From Octopus sinensis (Eukaryota), in assembly GCF_006345805.1 (NCBI RefSeq), contig NC_042997.1:161076001-161140000 (forward strand): a DNA stretch of 64,000 bases, written 5' to 3'. A program made the position numbers and the translations under genes. Shown piece by piece: positions 38,142 to 51,659 of the stretch (position 1 is the first letter of the stretch; every line of letters starts with the position of its first letter). A model generated the notes under the pieces. That model saw only the letters and a program-made list of their open reading frames with translations, was not told where the DNA came from and ran no database searches.

Positions 38142-40768
38142 AAAATAGTAAAGTGTGAAAAAACGACAGAAGGCTTAAATGTTAAAAAATATATATATTT
38201 GTGTCAAAATGTCTGGAGAATATTGGAAAAATTTTTTTTCCTTTCCTTAAAATGACATAATTTAAAAATTTTTTAAAGAAATTACCGGTTTCGCGTGTAG
38301 CTTTTCAAATTTCTTGTGACGTTATGTTTATATTGCATGGAATTATCGTTGTTTTTATTTCCAGGAGATTTCTAAATAAGGGGAGGTAGTGAGTGATTTT
38401 TTCCGGTGTAGGGGAGATAATCGCTTAAAAAATTCTGTAACCACATTGAGAACTTCCCCTACCATACTATACATAAACAGAAAGCTAACCCAAATTTTAA
38501 CAATACACAATGGAAAGAACTGATAGAACTCCAAAATGATGAAGATATAACCATTAAGGAAGCGGACAAGGGAAATGCAGTTGTAATAATGGATACATCA
38601 TACTACAGAAATCTTGTAATTTCCTTGCTTGATGAAGACCTACATTATGAAAAAATTACCAACTACACCCCACAAAAAATAATGAAAACTCTATCTTCAC
38701 TAATTAAAACCCATGAAAAGGAACTGACAACCAAAGAGATTGATTTCCTAACAAACTTTAAATGCAAACCTAGCCTTTTCTATGGTCTGCCAAAAATTCA
38801 TAAAAGTCAAATTATAAATGAAACCATTAAAAAATCACCAAAGACATACATACACACACCTAATCCGGGGGACCTAAAACTACGACCCATTGTAGCTGGC
38901 CCAACCTGTGAAACACACAGACTAAGTCTACTTATGGACATCCTCTTGAAACCCTTCCTTAAACATATCGATAGCCATATCAGAGATGACTTAGATATGT
39001 TAACCACCTTCCAAAAAAACCAAGGAAGAAACAATCCTGGTTTCATTTGATGTAGTCAACTTGTATACCAGTATACCTCATAATTATGGACTGGAGGCAA
39101 TACAATTCTGGTTAGACCAATTTCCGGAAGAAATACCAAAAAGGATCAGTAAGGAATTCATTACTAAATCAATTGAATTCATCCTACACAATAACCACTT
39201 CATGTTTGACAATACATTTTACCGTCAAAAATCCGGAATTGCTATGGGTACAAGGGCAGCACCAGTCATTGCGAACTTAACAATGGGATACATGGAAATA
39301 ATCATTTACCAGGAATCTCTATCAATCTTTGGAAACTCCCTCTCTCAATACATAAAAGAGAATTGGAAACGATTCCTAGACGATTGTTTCATTCTCTGGA
39401 ATGAAAACATAGATAAACTCCTAAAATTTAAAAACCTATTGAACAGCATAAACCCAAATATACAGTTCACAATGGAATACAACCAAAAGGAGCTCCCGTT
39501 CTTGGATATACTAATTAAAAAAATTAACCTTAAAATAGAAACAGACATTTTTTACAAAGCCACAGACGCCAAACAATACCTTCTTTTTAATTCATGCCAC
39601 CCAAGACACACTAAAACAAACATCCCCTTCAACCTTGCAAGAAGGATATGCACAATAGTGTCAGAACAAAATACCAGGAACTTTAGACTGCAAGAACTCA
39701 AAAACACCCTAATTGACAGACATTACCCAGCTCAACTCATAGAGGATGGGATCAGACGTGCAACAGAAATCAACATAGAAACTTTAAGAAAAGTTCAACA
39801 CAACAACACACCTTCCCCGAAAATACTACCTTACATATCTACATACAACCCCAGAAACAAAGAAGCCTTCACCATCATCACCCAGAATTTACCATACTTC
39901 ATAAAAACCCAAAATTAAAGGAAATTCTAAACATACACCAAATCATTAAAAGCTACAAACAGCCTAAATCACTTAAAAAGATTCTCACAAAGGCAAAATT
40001 GTCTTCTAAAATTACGGATGCAAAAGTAAAAAAATGTGGTAGATCGAACTGTGCAACATGTCCTAACCTATTGGAAGGATCAGAATTCTTCTTTAAAGAG
40101 GGACAGAAATTTAAGATCAAATCTAACTTTACTTGTGCCTCTGAAAACATAATTTATGTTATTAAATGCTCGGGCTGCCACCAAGACTACGTGGGTTCCA
40201 CGGGACTATCACTCAGGCGCAGATGCACACTGCATCGACAACAGATTGCATTCCCAGAATATAGAATGATACCTTTTAGTGAGCACATTGAGAAATGCGC
40301 AAAGCAACTACTGCCACAATTTTTAATCTTCCCATTTTACCAATGTGCTTTCGGATCATCAACACAAATGAGACTGAACAAGGAAACATTCTTCATTGAA
40401 AAGTACAAACCCAGACTCAACCATCCGAACATACTGACACAGAGAAATTAACAAGGAAATGGGAAAAAAATTTTTTAAGCGATTATCTCCCCTACACCGG
40501 AAAAAATCACTCACTACCTCCCCTTATTTAGAAATCTCCTGGAAATAAAAACAACGATAATTCCATGCAATATAAACATAACGTCACAAGAAATTTGAAA
40601 AGCTACACGCGAAACCGGTAATTTCTTTAAAAAATTTTAAATTATGTCATTTTAAGGAAAGGAAAAAAATTTTTCCAATATTCTCCAGACATTTTGACAC
40701 AAATATATATATTTTTTAACATTTAAGCCTTCTGTCGTTTTTTCACACTTTACTATTTTCTTATATAT
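38133..40768 (+). mobile_element. Neptune-like Penelope element with inverted pLTRs
   Basis: IKEADKGNAVVIMD, FYGLPKIHK, LRPIVAG, SFDVVNLYTSIP, GIAMGT, RFLDDCF, LPFLDI, CGRSNCATC, NIIYVIKC...DYVGSTG..LRRRCTLH; two apparent 1-bp frameshifts (about 39010 and 39895); inverted arms 38133-38433 / 40469-40768. Confidence 0.95.
40588..40627 (+). ncRNA. Minimal type I hammerhead, U3-A8 variant (mirror at 38276-38315, minus)
   Basis: aagaaat TTGAAAA gc tacac gc GAAA cc gg TA atttctt: 7-bp stem I, palindromic stem III, GUA triplet. Confidence 0.7.
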
Positions 40769-40997
40769 TCACCCACGTGCTTTACCAAACAAACTTTCTT
40801 ATCTATATATATATATATATATATATATTTAAATTATAAATATAAATTAATAATTTTAATTTTGAATTTAAATAATTAAATTTTTTATTTTCATATTTTA
40901 TATATTTTGTATATTATATTAATTATTTTTATTTTTATGTTTTGGTTTATGTTTTTCACTGTTTGATTTGCCTAATAGTGGTTTTATCTCTAATTTT

Positions 40998-41029
<32 letters not shown>

Positions 41030-41041
41030 ATATTTATATAT

Positions 41042-41110
<69 letters not shown>

Positions 41111-41166
41111 TAGTTAGATAGATATGTACACACATACACACACACACACATATATATATATTTTTT

Positions 41167-41332
41167 TTTATATAAGTAGCAGAATTATAACACAGTAATT
41201 TCGCTTTATATAACGGTATTTTTTCATAGCATTTTTCCAGATGGCCAGATAACCGAAGAGATGGTGTTGTGGATTTCCACTTCGGCATCTGAAACTCAGA
41301 GTTTTATTTTGACTATTGAGTAATTGTATATA

Positions 41333-41387
<55 letters not shown>

Positions 41388-41803
41388 AATATATATATCT
41401 ATCAAAAAGTATTAATAAGTTTAATATAAGATAAACATTTTCTAACTATACATATGCAATTATTGAAATTCAAATTTATGGTTATTCATTCATTTATTCA
41501 CAATGCATTCTGAGAATGTACGACACCACATGTTTCTTGGCAGCTTTTTTTCTTTAAAGACAATGACATATAAATGTATACTTTCAAAACGTATAGGGAA
41601 GTCATGTCAAATCTTTATCAAGCTAGAAGTGAATAATTTCGGCTATCATCTTCAATTATGAATTTCTGTCCACCGAAGATTTCTTAAGGATGGGACATTA
41701 AATTGATCCAGCACATTCTTTATATATTATATTTCTTGTTTTAATGATTTGTCTTTTGTTTCTTGTATTGAGATCTACATTTGTTTTATATATTAATATA
41801 TTA
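41167..41803 (+). mobile_element. Inverted pLTR copy (right arm)
   Basis: Reverse complement of 35778-36432. Confidence 0.85.
41247..41309 (+). ncRNA. Hammerhead-like motif, U4C variant, GUU triplet
   Basis: agataa CCGAAGA gatg...catc t GAAA ctc a gag TT ttattt; the mirror copy at 36289-36351 has a perfect 6-bp stem I. Confidence 0.5.
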
Positions 41804-41813
41804 TATATATTAT

Positions 41814-41892
<79 letters not shown>

Positions 41893-41906
41893 TTAGATAG
41901 ATATGT

Positions 41907-41942
<36 letters not shown>

Positions 41943-42855
41943 GGCCAAGCACAATGAACTTCATTGGAGAGGAGTGTGTGCATGTGTGTCTCTAAATGTG
42001 TGTGCGCAAGTGCCTCTGGATTTTAATGTTATTTATATGAAAAACTTAATGACTCACTATCAATCGTTACATATTAACGATTTAACATTTTTTTTTCGAT
42101 TTTTCAACTAGAAACTCAAACGACATTCAGCCTTTAAAAACACGAGGCATGCGGTGGATTATATGCTTGAATAGGTGCAAAGCAGATGCTTAGTTCAAAA
42201 TTATAACGCATTTTTTATCTTAAATTTTTACCTGTTTTTAGACTAACATTTATGCTGATTATTATTTTAACTATTTCAATTTTATTCTTATTTCATTTTC
42301 CCTTTTCTAACAACGCAGTAATGCCATAAAGGATGAAAAATAATCCCAGCAAAGAAAGAATACATCTAATAACATCATGTTATTTCTTTTTAAAAAATGT
42401 GTTGGCGAACTCGACGTCTGATTTGTTATGCAATTTTGTACAATATTCTCGTCTATGAAATGTCATTGGGGATTCTAGCTGAAAAATTTCAGAGTCGTCA
42501 GCAATTGATAATATCAAAAATGTGGAGACTCGGTCATTAATTTACATCCCATTTAATATTTTATCATCCACCTCTCCGATATTAAGCATTATTTTCGGTT
42601 TGTTGTTAATACAACACACACGCACGAAAACGTACACGCGCGCGCATTCACACACACATACATACATATATACATTATTATCGGGCTCCTTGGAGATGAA
42701 ACACACTATATAAATATCAATCTTATGAAATTAGACTTCTCAAAACCAAACAGAAGAACCCTAATTCGAAGACTTCAGATCCAATCTATCACTTGGAACT
42801 ATAAAAATCTGTAAAACGTTCCAGAAGTTTATCACTTAAATATATGTGAACATGT

Positions 42856-43085
42856 GAGGGCGGCGAGCTGGAAGAAACATTAGCACGTCGGGCGAAATGC
42901 GTAGCCGTATTTCGTCTGCCGTTACGATCTGAGTTCAAATTCCGCCGAGGTCGACTTTGCCTTTCACCCTTTCGGGGTCGATAAATAAGTACCAGTTTCG
43001 CACTGGGGTCGATGTAATCGACTTAATCCGTTTGTCTGTCCTTGTTTGTTCTCTCTATGTTTAGCCCCTTGTGGGAAGTAAAGAA
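42856..43085 (+). mobile_element. tRNA-derived SINE
   Basis: gggcggcgagctggaagaaacattagcac...gagttcaaattccgccgaggtcgactttgcctttc. Confidence 0.85.
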
Positions 43086-43899
43086 ATATATATATGTGAG
43101 CATGTCTACATATGCAACTATATGCATGAGAATACATATATAAAGCAAAACATACAAATTTGCACATATACATACATGCATACAAAAATACCCTGTTGTT
43201 GATGATGAAATTCCAATGAACGAGCCTTGAATCTAGGTTAGGAATCGACTCTTTCTCTATTGGCTAGAAATCTTGAAATAAAGCTGAATAATGACATACA
43301 TACATACATACATACATACACACATACACACATACACACACACACCACACACACACACACACTCAATCGTACTAAATATATATACAATAAAGTAGGAATC
43401 TCAATACACGAAATAAAATAGAGAGTAGATAATACTTTGTAGCAAGAAATATATTTGACCACACCTTCAATCAACTCGGTCAACAAAAAGCACTAAATGA
43501 AATTAGAAGCAATCACCAACATTTAAAATTTTAAATTTATCTTTTATTTAACATATCAAAATAATTTCTGACTTGATAAGGATTCAGGGTATTACAAATT
43601 ACCTTTAGGTTTCGAGGATGTAGCTTTTTATGTTAAGGTTACATGAAAGCAGTATAAAATATAAAATGTGTACTGCTCTTTATTCCTCCCCATCTTTCCT
43701 CAATCGTGCACTATATGTTTACAACTCGAATCCACATGCCATGCCCACACTCACTCTATATTCAAAGACGTCAAATGCATCCTTCTATAGGGACATGCCA
43801 ATTTTGTTTCTTTCAATACAAGAAAATATAAACGTTGACTACATCGAAAGAAAAGTCATCGCATCACACACCCCTTAATATTTAGTAGCACACAACTAG

Positions 43900-44315
43900 A
43901 AGTCACAGAATTATTCTGATTATTGAGTTTCAAATTCACCAAGAAGATCTTACGACCGCACATTCTAAAAACATAACTAGAACCACATCTCAATGATTGT
44001 ATCTTTGCCTCAGAAGCTGAATATCCAGAAAAGAATTATCTCACTGATAACTACAGCTTCTGAAGAGAGCGTGGACTGCGGGGTTACTCCGAAAAGCTCT
44101 ATCTACGACGATTTCATCCGGTTGCGGATCCGTAGAATAAGCTGCCGCACGAGATAGTGAAGATGCCGACGACCGCTCGGTTCAAAGTCTCTCTTGACCA
44201 GAAATGGCCTGAACTCTTTGTATGACCACCCTCCCTGTACATAACTGCATGTCCCCCTACATGACCTTGCTTTTGCTTTTAGAGCCAATAAAAATTGAAC
44301 TGAATTGAACTACAA
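43900..44315 (+). mobile_element. CR1/L2-type LINE 3' end
   Basis: RGYSEKLY...xNKLPHEIVKMPTTARFKVSLDQKWPEL; tail aataaaaattgaactgaattgaac. Confidence 0.65.
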
Positions 44316-45689
44316 GTATGCTGACTCCTATTTCTGCCTTTTCTAACGCTACTTTTATGAGCTCTTCTTCCTTAGAGCATGTTGGGTTCATGTTATTCCT
44401 CTCGCTGTTTCTCATAAACTTGTATCCAACGACTCTGCCCAGCATTAATTTCTACATTCATTCCTTCTTCACCAAAATGTGTGCTTATAGCTTTCCTATA
44501 CATGTTGACTTACTGAGATTTAAAACAAACGTTTATAGCATCAATCTTACCAGTCTAAGTAGGCACTACAAATGCCATGGGCTCTTTCTCTTCCTCAATA
44601 ACCAGCACCCGCCAAAAAAAAAGAAAACTTACAGGAAAATGTTTTCTTACCAATATACTGACCTCGTATCCATTGTATTTAGTTTGTCACACACTTGATT
44701 TGGTGTAATGCATGGCTTAGATAAAGCTATGCATAAGCTATTTCTTGAGTTAGTTTCGTAGTTATATATTTATTATATATTGCCAGAAAGAACAGTTACA
44801 TTCGGGTGTTTTCTTCTAGTATATCTAATACCTATATGTTATCACATCTTTTTTTATTTACATGAGACTAAATTGTCCGAGATATTCTTTCCCAATTTAA
44901 TGTCGTGGGGTGTAACTTGTGGGAAATTTGATTGCAATTTCTAAATTTTGAGCGACCTCTCTGTACCGTTTCCTGTCAATATAAAGATCTTCACCCGGGA
45001 ACAAAATATACACATGATCTGATTTTTCCGTCGTAACTTACGATAAAATGGATATATATTGATTTAAATCACGTGTTTGGTAATGGAGGATCCGATTCTG
45101 AAAAAAAATTTCCAAAAATCGTAATTTCAAAATTTCATTAACAACCCCCTTCATTTTTACTTTTTCCGTAAACTTTTTTTTTACGAAATACGTAGAGAAA
45201 TACGAAGATTACGATTCTGAAAAAATTCAATTTAAATTTGAGTTTATTTTTTCCATATTCTTAATCTCCGTATTTTCCCACGTAGATTGATGGGGAAAAA
45301 ATTCGGAAAAGCGGTTTTAAAAAAAGTTAAATAAAAAAAACACTTTAATTTACCATGACTTACTTTGTCATATCACTACGGGAAATTACTCTGAAAGAAA
45401 TCTTTGCAAAAAGTTGAGTAGATTAATTACATTATGTTATCGCAGTTTTGTGAGATTTAGCAGTTATTTCTAGCATGTGCAAAGATAAAGCAAACATAAT
45501 GCAAAGACAAAGCAAAGCGATTGTTTAAATATCTGTAGAAAATTCTAAACCAATTTTATACTACCCTTTTTTCTCTTATATCATGATACGGAACATAATA
45601 GCATGATATGGAATATATTAACGTTGAAGACTAATTAGTAATATTGTTAGTCCACATTACTCCGTAAGGGAAATCGGGCCGCTTTCCCG

Positions 45690-45892
45690 CTTTCTTCCGC
45701 GTATGTATTCAGCCTTGGATGAGACGTCGGTCCGTCGCAGGGTAACTATTTTTTACTAACTGGGCGGACTTGAGCAACGCGAAATCAAGTGTTTGGCTCA
45801 AGAACACAATGCATCGTCCGATCCAGGAATCGAAACTGCAATCTTATTATAATGAGTTCAACACCCTAACTACTAAGCCATGCGTTCCACAT
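45690..45892 (-). mobile_element. tRNA-derived SINE
   Basis: Minus: gtggaacgcatggcttagtagttaggg...gtttcgattcctggatc...tgtgttcttgagccaaacacttgatttc. Confidence 0.7.
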
Positions 45893-46804
45893 TCAGTAAT
45901 ATGGGAATAGTTTATTTTTACAAGAATATGTTTACATATCATTCGTTATTGTTCTCTCACCGCTGAATTTGTGTTAAAAGCCTGCTTGTATACGTAGTAA
46001 TATGCCAAAATTTAGAAATACGTCTCTTGATTTTTTAGACATGATATTCATAGAACCATACTGTGGACGGAAAATCATGACACTAATTCGAAGACAATGT
46101 GCTATACTTGAGATTTCTAACTTGAGATTTCACTTAGTAAAACACAAATTGAATATTTAGTTGAGAAAAGAACAGCAATTAGAGAATCAAATGACTGATA
46201 TGATTACATAATAGCATCTTTCTTAAATATAAATACACCTATTAATATAGTACCATAAAGAACTGATTCACAGAATCACAAGAGCACAGGACTAAGTACT
46301 TCGCTATATTTAGTTATGCCTCTTCAGTTCTGAGTTCAAATACTGTGGAATTCGGCTTTCTGTTTTTCATCATACCCTGGTTGATAAAACGAAGGTTCTT
46401 CATTACTTTAATATTTTCCAAAACAATGTTTGTGAAACTCTGTCGATGTTAGAAATCAAGAACGCACTATTTAACCTTTACAATCGAAATTAACTGTTAA
46501 AAAATATATTAAGAAAAATACGTCAGCAGGTTATGGTTCCAAATATACACTTATTAACAACTTAGCTTAAGCATTTAATAGATTTTCTTATCGCATCCAA
46601 GATGTAATGGTTCACTGAGTTGATATTATATACAATATTAAGATAGCAGATAATATTAACATATTGCAAGATAAAAATATTCTGAACTATAATGTGTGTG
46701 AGTACACACAAACGCGCGCGCGCGCACACACACACACATTTGATGTAGTTAGCCAGCACTTAGGTTAAACCTTAAACAGACCTGCCTGAATATATTATCC
46801 TTAC

Positions 46805-46808
46805 CTAT

Positions 46809-46865
<57 letters not shown>

Positions 46866-46945
46866 CATCCATCCATCCATCTATCTATCTATCTACCTAT
46901 CTATCTATCTATCTATCTATCTACCTATCTATATATCTATCTATC

Positions 46946-46976
<31 letters not shown>

Positions 46977-47096
46977 CCAAACACATGTGTACTTACATAT
47001 ACAACACTCGTATAATACACACACACACGCACACACACACCACGCACACACACACACACACGCACACACACACACGCACACACCACACACACACAC

Positions 47097-47140
<44 letters not shown>
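46805..47140. repeat. Compound (TCTA)n/(TA)n/(CA)n microsatellites
   Basis: Directly visible; representative of many similar tracts in the window. Confidence 0.9.
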
Positions 47141-47141
<1 letters not shown>

Positions 47142-47452
47142 TAGCTTTAGTGAAATACGCATCGAATGAGTTACATATAGCCTCAAACACGAATATAAAG
47201 CGTAGTATAGTTGCCATAGTTACTTTTCTGAAGACTTTTCCGCTGTTACACTTTCATAAAGCTCTTATCGAGAAACCTCAACGCTGATTGAGAATACGAT
47301 ATTTTCTTTCCTTGTCGCTATGATATAGTCTACAGCAGTAACTTAAGATAGAGTGAAAATAACACTTAATTGAAATCACAAGAAATGAAGACGGACTTCA
47401 CGCAGCAATATTGGTGTAGCATTATTTTCGCGTAATAAGTGTATGTGTGCGC

Positions 47453-47520
<68 letters not shown>

Positions 47521-47611
47521 GTGTGTGTGCGTATATATATAGATATATGTAACAATAATATTTTATCGCATATATATGTGTATATAGGTATATACATATA
47601 CGTATGCATGC

Positions 47612-47703
<92 letters not shown>

Positions 47704-47879
47704 TTATATATGTATATATATGTATGTATGTATGTATATAAGAAATAGTGATACAACAAGGCACCATTGTTTGCTGGAAATAGCAGTAGATAACGATACG
47801 GTGCTAAGTATGGTGCTTTATTTGGCTCGAAAGTGATTCTATTGTATTGCAATGATATTTAATATATATATATATATAT

Positions 47880-49520
47880 ATAACTTAGATTGGTTTTCGG
47901 CCATTATCGGCGCAGGCGATGACTAACTCCATAGTACTACCTGGAAAAGTTAATTATTTCGTGGCACGATGGACCACTCGTGCAGAGAGTTGTTGTTGGT
48001 TGAGACGTATCCAGATGTAGGTGCTTTATCCGGTATTTCCTGGAGGAATTTGTCCAGGTACTGTTTGAAAGTTGTGGGGTCTTTTTCTTCTTCAATTTCT
48101 TTGGGATAACATTGAAAAGTACAGGACCAGTTGCAGTGAAGAAATTGTGTCGCAATGTTCTTATGTGGTATAATTTAGACCTTTGTAGGGGACTCATTGC
48201 ACGGGTGCCTAGTCTTGTGTGATTTGTAAACATAATGCCAATATCATTTGGATAATATTGGTGGAATATTTTCCACATGGTGCAAATAATGTATCGCTCA
48301 GGCTGCTTTGTAGAGAATAGCCCAATAATCAAGTCCAAGCATGCTATTTATTAATTTTTTGTGTGATAGATCTTTATGGCGCTTCGATCCTCGTTATGTC
48401 TTGTTTTTTTTTTGCAGGGGGACCACAATGGGTAGCAGTATTCAAGATAGGACCTAATGAATGTGGAGAAGAGAAGGATGATGGTTTCATGATCCCTAGA
48501 TTGGAAAGTTCTGAGGATCCATGAGCACATTCTGCAGGCAACATCGACTTTTATGTTGATGTGCACACTCCAGCTAAGGTTGCTGTCGACAGTTAAACCT
48601 AAGTCTCTGATATTATCCGACGGCTCAAGTAGGTTTCCTGACGGTAGTGTATTTGGATGTTTGAGTGTGCCCTCTTTTCCAAAGTGGATGAGCTCAAATT
48701 TTTCTTCGCTCAAATGCATATTGTCTTTTTTTTGTACTCACTGGTTTACAGCGCATAGTTCTGATTGAAGCATTGTTTGATCATATGCTCCCTTAATGAG
48801 ATTCTGGAGCTTAGAATTATCTGCAAATATTTGTATGGCGCTATGCTCAATGGAATCTGCAATGTCATTGATATAGACAATAAAAAGAAGTGGACCCAGC
48901 ACAGTACTCTGCGGGACTCCACTGATGACTTTTGCTGGTCTTGAGTGGATGCCATCAACCACAACATGCTGGGTCCTGTTTATTAGGAAATACCTAATCC
49001 ATTGAAGTAGTTTTCCACGGTCGACTCTATCAAAGGCATTGCTGAAATCAAGGTATATGGCATCCGCGTTGGAGCTCTCACTTAGTGCATTTAAGATGTC
49101 ATCAAAGTGATGGAGGAGCTGTGTTAGACAGGCCCTCCTACCACAAAAGCCATGCTGGTTGCAATTTAGGAGAGGATTTTGTTCTAGGAAGGCTGCTATT
49201 CTTGATCTCAACACTCACTCAAATACTTTCATGATATGTGAGGTGAGTGAGATTGGATGGTAGTTTACAGGGAGCGATTTATTACCCTTTTTAAAGATAA
49301 GAACGACTGACTGCGAGAGAAGGTTTTGTTGGATAAAACCGGCAGCCAGTAATTTTCTCCAGAGATTTCCAAAAGGAGCTGCAAGTTGCTGTCTGCATTC
49401 CTTCAGCACTTCAGCGGGGAGCCTGTCCGGCCCCACAGCTGAATCAGGTTTGAATTCTTTTATTGCTGATAGGATATTAGTGGCGTCGAAAGTTACGTCG
49501 GAAAGGACATGTTGAGGATT
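47880..49520 (-). mobile_element. 5'-truncated, degraded L2/CR1-superfamily LINE (RT domain)
   Basis: GPDRLPAEVLK, IFKKGNK..PVNYHPISLTS, QHGF, YLDFSNAFDRV, GVPQSTVLGPLLF, IFADNSK, LEYCYPLWSP; same 3' motif as the 19.6 kb LINE. Confidence 0.9.
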
Positions 49521-49554
49521 CACACACACACACACACATACACACACACACACA

Positions 49555-49642
<88 letters not shown>

Positions 49643-49777
49643 TATATACATACGTACATACTAGTCGCCATGATTGATCGTTAGCCACTACACACATTTT
49701 TTTCTCTCCATGTTTCACTCCTTGTTTTTTTCTCTCCTTTTTCTCTCCTCGTTTCTCTCCTTGTTTTTTCTGTGTCC

Positions 49778-49813
49778 CTTTCTGTAGAAGAGCGTAGACT
49801 CGAAACGTAAAAG
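49778..49813 (+). ncRNA. Minimal type I hammerhead-like motif (A6U variant) within a repeat at about 49665-49895
   Basis: cttt CTGTAGA a gag cgtaga ctc GAAA C G TA aaag. Confidence 0.55.
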
Positions 49814-50224
49814 ACTTTTTCTATTCCTGAGCGTTATACTAATACATCTGTTTGTTTTGTACACCACCTGTCTTCGTCTTTTGTTTTTCCGTAAACTCCC
49901 ACTATACATACATACATACATACATACATACATACATACATACATACATACATACATACATACATACATACATACATGCATGCATACATACATATACCCT
50001 CATAAATATATGTACACATATGTATACATAAGTATGTCCAAACCGAAATAGTTGCTAATAGTTTTATGCTTTTATGCCTTTTGCCTATGATACTTTGAAC
50101 CTGAACTATTGTCTGGAGATAAAGGGTGTATTTTATAAATATGACTAATAAAGTATCATGTGATCATGAAACTATTAGCAGCTTTTTCGGTTGCGTATAA
50201 AATTTACATACTTGCATGTGTACG

Positions 50225-50560
50225 GATGATGTGAATGCGCATGGTTGAGTGGTTAGATCGTCGGGTCAACAATCATGAGGTAGTGAGTTCGATTCCGGGA
50301 CCGGGTTTTGTGTTGTGCTCTTGAACAAGAGACTTTACTTCACGTCACTCCAGTGCACTCGGCTATGGAAATGAGTCCTTCGTCACGGGTGGCAGACTCT
50401 ATCGGCGTTTGCGTTTCGCTTGGAGGGAAGCTGGTATTCGACTGCTGGACTTCCATAAACAACATTGCCCGGAATTGTGCTAAAGAGGGAAACTTTCTAA
50501 GTGCAATCCCATGGTCACTCATGACCGAAGGGGCTATTTACCCTTTATATGGATGGGTGG
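50225..50560 (+). mobile_element. tRNA-derived SINE
   Basis: gcgcatggttgagtggttag...gagttcgattccgggaccggg...tgttgtgctcttgaacaagag. Confidence 0.75.
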
Positions 50561-51592
50561 TTGGATATTATATTTACACATAGATGCATGTATCTATACA
50601 TACTCTAGCGAAAACCTTTATATTAAATTAGCTTCGAGGACTTAATACATCAAAGAATTTATATTCTCAATCTTCCATATTGATATCTTCCATATTCGGC
50701 CATATTCTGCTGCATTACAGGGCTATACATTTTCTTCCCTCACACTCATTCAATTGCCTATCTATCTGCCTATCTATCTATCTGTCTGTCTCCCTATCTA
50801 TCTAGCCATCTTTTAATTTTTCTGTATACATATCGATCTATTTATATCTGTATATGCATACGCAGTGAACATATATGACAAAAATATTTGTTTCCTTTGT
50901 GTCCAAAAGTTACACTACATAACATGATTGATTTTTTCTTTTTAATATAGTTTAGATTGGTGTTCGATATTTTTTAGAAATTTTAGATAATTTTTGATTC
51001 TACAAATCGCATCAATTTTGGCTTATGACACTATATGTTGTTAGAAATTTTAGGGTATGTCATACATCAAGACCACTAGGGCTACGTGGAATCTTGTTGA
51101 TTTTATCTTGATACAACAAACTGTGTGGCATTAGGAAGCATTAAACCATATTTAATTACCGTTTAATTTTCAGTTACTTAGTATAATATCACATCAAATT
51201 GCTTTCGGAACTATAGTAACTGATTCATAAATTAAAAAAAAACATTCTTCTTCATTTTGGTGGTATAATTATGAGGGATCTAAAATACGTGACAACCTTA
51301 AAAGCCGTTGCAGATTTAAAAGCAATCCACCTTTCCATTCTTTTTACTGTGCTATATTACACGCAGTGATTTCATACTGTTTGTCATTACCTGTCACTAA
51401 AATATGCCGTGAAAATATCACCTTTCTCAAACTTTTTCATAAATGGAGAGGACAGAGATAGTGATCAAAACATGTCAGTTTCAGAGCATTATCGCATTGA
51501 TCAGAAGTCCTTTACCGCCAGAGATGTCAGGATAAACATCGTTCTAATCAGCCTGCAGACAGGAGAAACACATTGGCATACTGTATATATTA

Positions 51593-51625
<33 letters not shown>

Positions 51626-51659
51626 TGTATGTATGTATGTATGTATGTGTGTGTGTCAT

